Shown in pieces: positions 30,604-40,741 of a DNA stretch of 64,000 nt. The stretch's first letter is position 1; each line of letters begins with the position of its first letter. The DNA is from Utricularia gibba (Eukaryota; Plantae; Magnoliophyta). The stretch covers positions 1,488,001 to 1,552,000 of the forward strand of contig NEEC01000014.1 of the NCBI GenBank assembly GCA_002189035.1, written 5' to 3'. The position numbers and the translations under genes are program-made. The notes under the pieces were generated by a model. The model did not search any database, was not told the origin of the DNA, and saw only the letters and a program-made list of their open reading frames with translations.

Positions 30604-32245
30604 TATAATCACTCTTTCGGTTGAGCTGTAGTTCGAAAGATGGACAGGAAATCAGGGAGATCGACAGTTTGTGTAGGGCAACTGTAACCACTGGCATTCT
30701 TCTTGAGTAGGCGTTAGAGCTCTCCTCTCCTTAGATTCAGTCCTTAGCAGCAAACTGGAGGCTCCTTTCGCTCTGGCAGCCCCTCTAGCTTAGATACCAT
30801 TTAGAGCTCTACTGATGCTTCCTTGTGTATTATATGAATGTTGTATGTGCACAAGTCATGTCTTCAATTTGAACCGTTTGAACTCCTTGGATGCAAAGCA
30901 GGGCAAAAGACTACCATGCCCGTGTTGATGGTGGCTGATCTGCACTCACCCCATCCTCATGTTTCTCTGATACTGAACCACTTCGTGATGTATGTATCCA
31001 ACAGCCATATTGTACTTTATGCTTTGCGGCGCAGGGGCTAACCAAGTAAGGCAGTAAATTTACAGTAAGCATAAAAGGGCACTGGGGATGATGTTGGAAG
31101 GGTGAATCATGTATAGCTAAAACCTGCCAGCCAGCCAGCCACATCAGAACTTTGTCTGTTGTATTGTGTGCTATTGAGGCAGGCATTGAAAGTTCAGTTT
31201 ATTGAGAGAATCGTGTGCTTTTCCAAGTGAGGATCATGCATCGTGTGTCCAAGCACACTTGAGCTTATTCATTCAAAAACAGCAGTTGACACTTCCCTAA
31301 CATTCTGGCAGTAGCTTTATCATGAAAAGTGATTGCCCTAGCTATATGTACCCTGTTCCGGGCAGTCCAGGCCATCCAGAAAGAACTGCATCAATCCTAT
31401 TACAAGAAAAAAAAAACATTGCATCAGGAAAATCCATATATTGATAACTCTTATAATCCTTCACTATTACAGTCGAAATAATATGATGTGGTGCAGAGGA
31501 ATCCCTGCCATGGACAAGATATGAAGGAGATGCACTGATTTCACAAACAAAATTGGGTCAGCTGATTTCACTACACCAACAACGAATCAAATGAACAAAT
31601 TACTCATCAAAGAATATACGACATAAGTGCACCCGAATTCATAAGCCAGAATAAGGAAAAATGAAACAAAAAACAAGCTAAGCAAAGCAAAACTGCGTTC
31701 AGAAAAAATCTCACAGCGTCAGATGGAAGCAGACAAACAGGGAAAAAAAGTTGAAAACCAAAAGTTTTGCAAAACAGTGAACCATGGCAGAGAATGAGGC
31801 AAAAAGAAACAGCCAACTCATGAACCAAAATGCGGAATCGTAGGAATACATAACTCTTTTAAGGCCACCTAATTCACAATTTTTTCAGACCAAATCAATG
31901 TCACACCAAAAAACAGAATCACGTGAACAAATCGCATTGCTCCAAAATAAAGTTCATCACATCAGGAATGAGGCAAAAAAAAAAAAAAGCAACTCAGTGT
32001 TTAATGCTCACAAATGGGGACGTAGAATCGCAGTAACCATCAAACAGATTCATGTGAACACACCATTGGTCCAGATCAGGGAAAGGGAAATATTAAGAAA
32101 CCAATTCAAGGTTTTAAACGAATGAATCATGATGTAGAAATCACAGACTCAAACTACTTTCAGGTCAGTAATCACAACTTCAACAGCAAAAGAACAAGGT
32201 AAAAAAAAAACAATCAAATTCTTAACCGATGAATCACCGAAAAAT

Positions 32246-32416
32246 TCATATCAAAAGAAATGACCTTTGATCCAGAGACAGCCCGTTTCTCGGCAAGGCA
32301 TAACTGGGCGGCGAGTAAATCAACGCAGCGATCATTGCCGCAGGGAAAACACCATACTTCGCCACAGCTGCAACCTTTGTGAGCAGAGGCTGGCCTTTCA
32401 ACGCTCCAAGCACCAT
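32246..32416 (-). CDS. Unassigned small single-pass membrane protein (~53-56 aa)
   Basis: MVLGALKGQPLLTKVAAVAKYGVFPAAMIAALIYSPPSYALPRNGLSLDQR. It has a basic/amphipathic N-terminus and one hydrophobic segment, good start context (AAAATGG), a promoter-like region with GGCCCA motifs at ~32550-32620, and a donor AAAG|GT at 32265/32264 that could splice to an acceptor at 31868 (stop at 31859). Confidence 0.6.
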   Translation of the reverse strand: MVLGALKGQPLLTKVAAVAKYGVFPAAMIAALIYSPPSYALPRNGLSLDQRSFLLI

Positions 32417-32979
32417 TTTCCTGCAATTTCCCCGGCGCTTAACCTCAGATACGATCCAGCGACGACCTCTCACCAGTCACCGAACTACAAGAAGAAAATT
32501 CTCTTAAAAAAGAGTGAGAAATTTGCCGAGCCTAATATATATCTGACATCTTATCGGCCCAATAACAGGCCTCCTCTTGAGCCTTTTCATTACAAGAGTC
32601 ATAGAAACTTTGGCCCAATAACGTTTCAAAACTATTTTGATATCAAATACTAATAATTTAGAAATCTTTTTATATTTTTAATAAACCTTCATATTTCAAG
32701 AATTATTTCCATTTCTCTTCTATCACAAATGATTTCTTAAATTATATTCTATGCTTGGGATGTTCGGATTTACGAAATCAATTCCGAAATACAAATTTAC
32801 AACCTACATCCATATTTTCTTCTCTTCAAAATTCAAACATGAAATATGTTATGTGTCATTTTTTAAAAGTGATTGATTGGGTAACACCAAATTTGGTAGG
32901 AATCCGACGTTCAGTAACCAACTCCACTTACTGCAGTGGGCCAAAATATCTGCCGGCTGGACCTCAAGCCCATTGAATG

Positions 32980-33290
32980 GCATGACATGGCATGGCATGG
33001 GCATGCATGATTGCTCATTGGGTGTCATTCTGTTACGCATGAAAACGACACGTGTCTCATTGATCCCCATCACAAAATCAACACATATATATATATATAT
33101 ATATATGGAATGAATACATTTTTAATACCATCACACGAATCACTAACAACTTGATGCATGCATTCACAACACTCCACGTAACTCCAATTCCATGCCATGA
33201 CTCATCCCGCTAAGTCGGCTGAGCAGCCAGCCAGCCGTATGAGCCAATTCCACCTTCAACAAAAAAAAAGCTATCATGACACGTCACCCC
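32980..33290. promoter_or_regulatory. Cluster of RY (CATGCA), ABRE/G-box and GCN4-like motifs
   Basis: CATG array at 32981-33009 ending in CATGCATG; GACACGTGTC at 33047-33056; CATGCA at 33157-33162; CCACGTA at 33174-33180; TGACTCAT at 33198-33205; TGACACGTCA at 33277-33286. Confidence 0.45.
33085..33106. repeat. (AT)11 microsatellite
   Basis: Direct reading. Confidence 0.9.
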
Positions 33291-33401
33291 CAATTATGAA
33301 GTGACCATTGTTTTGTAATTATAGTGTCACCAATGGAACACGAAAATCGTACCTAATAAGATGAATTTTTGATAGTATTGTTTAGAAGATTTATACTTAA
33401 T

Positions 33402-33620
33402 CAGTGTTTTGGAAAATTTTTGAAACCTGTTTTTATTTTTCAAAATTATTTTTAAAAAGTAAAAATAATCAATTCCTTACTTTTCTAAAAATAACTTTTA
33501 TAATTATAATTTTAAAAATATTTTTGATATAATTATTTTTACAATTATAAGTATTCTATAATAAAACTATTTTTACTTTTAAAAAGTAGAAATAGTTTTT
33601 AAAAATTTTCCAGAACACTG
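33402..33620. mobile_element. MITE-like element (~220 bp), possibly Tourist/PIF-Harbinger type
   Basis: Terminal inverted repeats CAGTGTTTTGGAAAATTTT (33402-33420) and AAAATTTTCCAGAACACTG (33602-33620) match at 18 of 19 positions and extend imperfectly to ~40 bp. TTAA sequences lie within 1-2 nt of both ends. The interior is very AT-rich and non-coding. Confidence 0.7.
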
Positions 33621-35494
33621 CATTAAATTTACATATAAACTGTTCTTTGATTATATCTAAATTTATATATATATTATTTTTGATTAACTAATATATGTAT
33701 GTAAATCTTATATGATTATATCATTCACATATTCATTTTTTGATATATACAAATGAAGAAGAGACTAATTATATATAAATTGAGGTATGTTTTCTCATTT
33801 ATATTTCGTTAAAAATTATTTTTTCAAACTCTAGTCATTGTGTTTTCCTTTCTTATCCCTTATGAATATTCTTTTTTATTATTATACCCCAGATCTTTAT
33901 TTTCCAATATCAAACATACAATTTATTAATACTCATTTGAACTCAAGATTTGTACAATATTTCATATTATAGGCTCGGGGGTGGGGCCCGCTAATGAATT
34001 CCAAAAAACGGCAATCCGGTAACTTAATTTCGTAATTGCTTTTTGAGAAATAAAAATATAATTAGTCCGTTTTAAACCAAAAATTAGAAAAAAAAAAAAA
34101 TAAATGGTTTGGGAATGACGTGGCATTCATGATTTGCGAGTTGCATTTGTAAATTGCGCACTGCTACGGGTGGTTTGTCGCGACGCAGAGGTCTCCGATT
34201 GCGCACTACCAAAACGATGGGGTTGGCGCTTGGGGCGTCTGTGGATCACAGCTCCTTATCCTTCCAAGGGGCGTTTGTTGTCAAGGACGCAGGTTGGAAG
34301 AAGAATATTTTGGAATTCTGATTTTTTTTATTCTTCGAGGTTCCTTTTTTACCAATAGAGAAGCTCGGCAAGATGACAACAAGCCAGTTATTGAGTTCAG
34401 TCGTCATGATTAAGTTATCATGTGATATACTTATATTGCAATTGGGATGATTATCAGTAGTTGCTGGGGTGCTCGTGCTCGTATTTAGGAATATTCTGTG
34501 AATTATATTGACGTTTTGATGACTGTGGAGTCAATTTTGGCAACAGATTCGTTCCATGTATCCATCTGCTTCGGAAAAGAATAATGATAAAGATCTTCCA
34601 GAAACTGAGTGTAATGCAATGGGCGGGCGGATCTCTATGGACATTAGGGACACCCTGTGTGTTTAGAAACAAAACCCTTGTGGACAAAAAAGAAAATGTT
34701 GTTTATTTGATTTGTTTTTGTGTAGATTTCATAGGTTTTCCTCCAAGCAAGAGAAAAAAAGGTGGCGAATAATGTGAATATATTTTTCACTCTGTCTGTC
34801 TCGAATTGGAGAAGATAAGTGATTCTTGCTCGGTCTTGAAGTTTGGACTTTGTGGACTCTCCTTCTTCATATGGGGAAAGGCGTATGAGGCATGTGCCAC
34901 TGTTCATAGTTTGAGAGATTTAATTCCAAGGACCCCATCACTTGAATCGCTGGATCTCGGTCGTACGTGAAACTCCGGTTGGTTGTATAGTCCCAACTTG
35001 CACAAAAAATCCCTTCTTTTGCCTCATGATTGCGATCTCTCTGGTTCTAAATCTCTGGGCCTCGCACCAAGTTTTCCTTTTTTTCATAATTGTGGCGCAA
35101 CTGCTTACTGCACCTTTCCTCTAGATGACACATACTGTCTGTTCTGGGTCTTTGTTTTCCTAGTCGCAGGCACGTCTTGTGTTGCTTTGCCTTACTTGGG
35201 TTGGTGTTTTGGGTTGCCTTTTTCTTTTTGAGCATATTCTGAATACAAAAGTTTCCGTTTCTCCTTTTTTGGATGCAAAATTCTCCTTCTTTTTGAATCT
35301 CCGGGAACCATTTTTCTGTTGTGGATCGATTCTTTGATGCGCTTTATGTTTCATTACTTGGTTCTTCGGAAGAATGTTGGGGCTTTTCTGCATCAAGATC
35401 TGTATTTTTGTCTGACGCATTAAGGGTTTAGAATCTTTGATAATCGTAGGGTTGTAGGAAACTTCTCAAACATCACAACATCTGGGGAATAAAG

Positions 35495-38098
35495 ATGAAG
35501 GGAGCTGCATTGGTGGCCATTACTGCAGCAATTGGGAACTTTTTGCAGGGTTGGGACAATGCGACGATTGCTGGTCAAAAATCTTTCTCCTTTTCTTTGT
35601 ATTCCTGTTTGCATTTTATGCTCCTGATTCTGATCAAATTAGATAGTGTAATGGCGACCAAGTATTCTCGTACTATTATACCTTGAAAGTATGCTCAGTG
35701 TCACTCATTTTGTACAGGTGCGGTGATCTACATAAAAAGAGAGCTTCAGTTGGGAGCTGGCACAGAAGGGCTTCTTGTGGCTATGTCACTCATCGGAGCC
35801 ACGGTTATCACCACATGCTCCGGGACAATATCGGATGCCGTCGGCCGGCGGCCGATGCTTATTGTTTCATCTCTGTTCTATTTCATCAGTGCCTTGATAA
35901 TGCTCTGGTCTCCTAGTGTTTACATATTGCTTCTCGCAAGGCTCTTGGACGGCTTTGGTATTGGACTTGCCGTCACTCTGGTTCCTTTATATATATCTGA
36001 AACAGCTCCAACTGAGATTCGAGGTCTCTTGAACACCCTTCCACAGTTCACTGGATCTGGTGGAATGTTCTTGGCATATTGCATGGTCTTTGGGATGTCC
36101 CTGACGGCTTCACCTAGCTGGCGTTTGATGCTTGGAGTTCTCTCTATTCCCTCGCTCTTGTATTTTGTATTAACAGTTTTCTACTTGCCGGAATCTCCTC
36201 GGTGGCTGGTAAGCAAAGGGAAAATGAAAGAGGCAAAACATGTTCTTCAGAAACTGCGCGGCAGGGAAGATGTAAATGGTATTTTACCTTTCTGTTGATC
36301 TTCATTGTCTGCAACAATAACTCTGCCTTCATTGACATTGTTCTTGGTCATCTGCTATTTCTTCCTTGACTGTAAACCATTTGAAAATCAATTCTTTCTG
36401 TAGCTGAGATGTCTTTGCTGGTTGAGGGTCTTGCTGTTGGGGGTGAAACATCAATAGAAGAGTATATCATAGGCCCTGTGGATGAGCTCGATGAGGATCA
36501 AGACCCGGCAACAAAGGAAGACCAGATCAAGTTATATGGACCGGAGGAGGGCCTCTCATGGGTTGCTAAGCCAGTAGGCGGGCAGAGCCGGCTTAGTCTG
36601 GTCTCACGGCAAGGAAGCTTGGTGAATCAAGGAATGCCTCTGATGGATCCCATAGTGACACTCTTCGGGAGTGTGCATGAAAACCTTCCCGACACGGGAA
36701 GCATGAGAAGCATGTTGTTTCCCAATTTCGGCAGTATGTTCAGTGTTGCTGATGCGAATATCAAAAATGAGGAGTGGGATGAGGAGCTGCAACCAGAGGG
36801 TGAAGCTGAAGGGTACACATCGGAGCTTGGTGGTGGTGACAATGAGGATGAGTTACATAGCCCCTTAATTTCACGTCAAGCCACAAGCATGGAGAAGGAA
36901 ATGCCTGCTCAGTCTGGAAGCATTTTAAGCATGAGACGTCACAGCAGTCTGTTTCAGGGCCAAGCTGGAGAAATTTCGGGTGCCGGGGTGGTTGGCAAGT
37001 GGCATGGAAATGGACTGAGAAACAAGGCGAAGACGGGAGTGTAGAGGGAGGGTTTACCAGGATTTATCTGCATGAGGAAGGAGTCCCTGGTTCGAGACGA
37101 GGCTCTATTGTTTCAACCCCTGATGGTGATGTTCATGTGGGTGGCGAATACATCCATGCTGCAGCTCTTGTAAGCTACCCAGCTCTTCAGCATCCCTCTG
37201 GGTCAGCAGTGGTGCACCCATCAGAAACTGCAAAGAAAGGTCCTGGAATAGCTTCCCTTCTTGAACCTGGAGTCAGACGGGCGTTATTCGTGGGAATCGG
37301 CATTCAGTTGCTGCAGCAAGTACTGTCAACTTCTCTGTGATTTATTTGACCTTGGCGCCTCCCAAAACTAACACATTCTTGCTTTGGCGCTTTTGCAGTT
37401 CTCAGGTATCAATGGTGTTCTCTACTATACCCCTCAAATTCTTCAACAGGCAGGTGTTGATGTGCTTCTTTCCAACCTTGGACTCGGATCGGATTCTGCA
37501 TCCTTTCTTATTAGTACTTTCACCAATCTTTTGATGCTTCCTAGCATTGCTGTTGCGATGAGGTTCATGGACGTCACGGGTAGAAGGTAAGCATGCTTCC
37601 TCTTGCTTATTCGCCTTACTGCACGCTGAGCATCTGCGAATCTGATTCAGGTCACTGCTGCTGAAAACAATCCCTGTGCTGATTGTTTCCCTAATCATCC
37701 TGGTTATCGGAAACGTCTTCGATTTCGGCTCCGTTGCTCACGCTGTGATCTCAACCATCTGTGTCGTAGTCTACTTCTGCACCTTCGTCATGGGCTACGG
37801 ACCAATCCCCAACATCCTCTGCGCGGAGATCTTCCCAACGAGAGTCCGCGGCATATCCATCGCGCTGTGCGCGCTCGTCTTCTGGATATGCGACGTCATC
37901 GTCACGTACACTCTCCCGGTGATGCTGAGCAGCATCGGCCTGGGAGGCGTCTTCGGGATCTACGCCGTCGTCTGCGCCATCTCCTGGATCTTCATCTTCC
38001 TGAGAGTGCCGGAAACCAAGGGAATGCCTCTGGAGGTGATCACAGAGTTCTTCGCGGTGGGAGCCAAGCAGATCGACGCTTCGAAGCATCGGGAATGA
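35495..38098 (+). CDS. TMT2: Tonoplast monosaccharide/sugar transporter (monosaccharide-sensing protein 2-like, MFS)
   Basis: MKGAALVAITAAIGNFLQGWDNATIAGAVIYIKRE, SDAVGRRPMLI, YISETAPTEIRGLLNTLPQFTGSGGMF, LPESPRWLVSKG, the large central loop (QIKLYGPEEGLSWVAKPV, GGWQVAWKWTE), ALFVGIGIQLLQQFSGINGVLYYTPQIL and EIFPTRVRG..VPETKGMPLEVITEFFAVGA. 1-bp break at 36985-36988. Confidence 0.97.
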
Positions 38099-38736
38099 TC
38101 CCATCCCCTTGCTGCTTCGCCTGATGGGGGATCAAGTGCACGGTTGTTGTGAGCTTTTCATGTGTTCTTCTTCTAGACTTACTCTTGCTTTTCATGCCCA
38201 TGAATCAAATAATGCCACTAGTGTATTTAGTCCCTTTTCAATAATTTTTGAATTGTTTTGAATTATAAATCAAATAAAAATTACGTTAAATTTGAATGGG
38301 TAAAATTGCGGTAATAATTTCTACTTTTATTTAGACGACATAATTGATTTTTTGAAACATTGCTCTAATTTTTATTATTTTAAGACTATTTATAATTGAT
38401 TTTACTATTTTAAAATCAAGAAAAAATAATTTGAAAATCGGGAAAAATAGTTTCTATTAGTTATATTAATGGTAACATTAATTATCAATTTACAACTTTA
38501 ATTAGATTTTCTTTAATTATTTTAATATTAAAAATAAAAATATGGAAGTAATCGAACCAATAGGGTTTTGCCACGACGCAAATGCCACGTTTAGCGATAT
38601 AAGTGGTGGGTCGGGGGCCTCGGTCGCCGGGTAGTATTAGGACCGTCCAGGCGGTGCGTTTTCTGCTCGCGATCAAGAAACGGAAAAAGGTTTGGGATTT
38701 GGATTCGTTGAGGAGAAGCGGGTTGATTAGGAAGGC

Positions 38737-39674
38737 ATGGCTTACGTTGAGCGAGGTAGATCTTGAAGAGTTCCTTTGATTTCCGATTTACTGTTGTTTT
38801 TTCTGCTTCCTTCTGGCTATGGATCTTATCGTGCGTCGCGATTTCGATTCGTCTTTGTTTTGCTCCTAAATGGTTTCGCTGTACGACGGCTTGGTGCAGA
38901 TTGATTTTTTTGTCCATCGTTGGGTTAGCCGTGTTCTAGATTGTTGTGGTTTGTGTTTGTTTTGTGAATTTTTTTGACTCGTATTTTGTTCAATTGGCTC
39001 TGTTATTAATTATAAGGTTGGTGGGTAATCGTTTTAGCTGCTGTGGTATTTGAATTTTGTGTTTTGGCACAATTTGTGCTTGAAGACCCACCGTGTGGTT
39101 TCATGTGAAAGCTAATTAGGAGAGACCAAGTTCTGTATAAGAAAACCCGTTTGCCGATTACATGATGCACAAAGTGAGAAACTTGGTAGCTGATTCCATA
39201 TTGCTGTTTCAGGGTTGGTCAAACCTAAGAGATCAATCTGGAGATTAAGAACAATCATAGATTTTTTCTGGTCAATCGTCAGCATTGTTTCAGTGTTTTT
39301 CACGACAATGTTCTCGGTATGTCTGATTGCCTACCAAGGTTTTTCTTAGTGTCCCTTGGTTTAGAATTTCATTGTTTTTTTTCTTTTCATTGTTCTCCCG
39401 AAGATGGAGAAATCTGATGCATACAGAAAGGGATCTGGAGCCAGCAAGAAGTGGGATGGCGGAAGCCCTGGAGGTCCTGGAGGTGGCCCTTCAGGAGGAG
39501 GTCCACGCCGGCCTTTTCGTGGGATGGATAATGTTCGAGGCGTCGACCACAGTAAGACTTTCCTCTGTTTCTTATGAATACACCATAAATGTGTATTTTG
39601 CTTCGCCTTCCCAACCTGTGCAACTTCGAATGTCAGGTGCCCTCCCTGCCTGCGGGTCTTGCTGTGGAGGTTAG
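38737..39674 (+). CDS. SELK: Selenoprotein K/G (SelK/SelG)-family protein, cysteine-containing plant homologue
   Basis: Four exons give MAYVERGLVKPKRSIWRLRTIIDFFWSIVSIVSVFFTTMFSMEKSDAYRKGSGASKKWDGGSPGGPGGGPSGGGPRRPFRGMDNVRGVDHSALPACGSCCGG: a single TM helix, a Gly/Pro-rich tail and terminal CGSCC. Confidence 0.9.
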
Positions 39675-40741
39675 CGGTCGGAACAATCAACCCTCTTTTC
39701 ATACTCGCGCCTTTCCCTTTGCATTAGGCTTTGTAATGCATGATCTGTTGACATTTGGATGCTTTAACTTTATTCAAGTGTAACAACGAAACATATTACT
39801 AGTTCAAATGGCATTTGCAATGTATTGTCTAAAAGCAAGAGCAGGGAAAACAAAAACTAGTCACATAAGCTGGCTCCCCAACTGAGTTGTGTTCCGTTTC
39901 CGGGTCCGGGTCTGACAGGGACTCTGAAACTCGAAATGGGTTCCCCAAGGAACGGAATATTTATAGCGGGTGGCAGCGGATCTGGGGACGATGATATGGT
40001 AATTTTTTATGGGCGATTTGCGGGATTAGGTTGTGTAGCGTCAACTAATTTGCTTTTTTTTTTCTTGACATGGGTTTGTTTAGCATGTCAGGGGATTGCT
40101 GGATACCAATTTTGTAGCATACGTTGCGCCAAGTTTAGGGTTTAGACGACCCAGAATTCAAGGGGTTCTGAATTTGTTTCGGATGCATGAACCTTACAGG
40201 TTGGTATGCGAAAATTCTAGTGCCGGATTGCAAGGAGAATGACATCAAAGCATATTATGGCTGGCCATCTTACCTACCGGGGTGCAATATTTGCCTGGCT
40301 AGGTCAGGGAAAGCGGGCCACAATCTTCGCTGGGACTGTGTTTCTCATGTGACCTTCAGATTTTCTGTGATACTGTTGCTGGAGATTTACAACTCATTAT
40401 ATCTGTGAGAGGGTAGGCCTTCTGGATCACCTAAAGTTCTGATAAAACGACTGCCATCCTCGCTGTGTGGCCTTTAGAAGGTTGATGTGCATAGATTGTT
40501 TGTCTAATTGCTTATGAGGATGTATGCAGCCTACTCTACTTCAATGGGGGTAACGAATGCACACTACAATGTGATATATACAATGAACCCGAGGTTCTCA
40601 CTTCTACAACAACTGTTGTACCTATATTTCAGCACCCCACCTGCAGGGGCTACTTTTATTGATATGATTGTTCCTCTCTACTAACTAGCTTTGCATCCAC
40701 ACTAGAATGCTACAATTTTCTTGCATTTCCAGTATTCTCTA

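Noticed and set aside
31885-31960. C/D-box-like pattern on the minus strand (GTGATGA...CTGA, 76 nt) with a partial antisense match to 5.8S rRNA (CAGAATC.CGTGAAC)
   Set aside because: There is no terminal stem, the rRNA-complementary stretch is interrupted and not positioned next to a D/D' box, and the related copy at 31558-31610 is only 53 nt with a different D-adjacent sequence.
37751-38124. Long overlapping ORFs on the antisense strand and in an alternative frame of the TMT2 last exon
   Set aside because: These are expected by-products of very high GC3, which removes stop codons from other frames.
40130-40146. TTTAGGGTTTAG telomere-like sequence
   Set aside because: Fewer than two full repeats; it is a single telo-box-sized motif, not an interstitial telomeric array.
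39880-40420. ORFs 39936-40145 and 40187-40408 between the SelK and NLP 3' ends
   Set aside because: Short, with no family resemblance and no convincing start or splice context.
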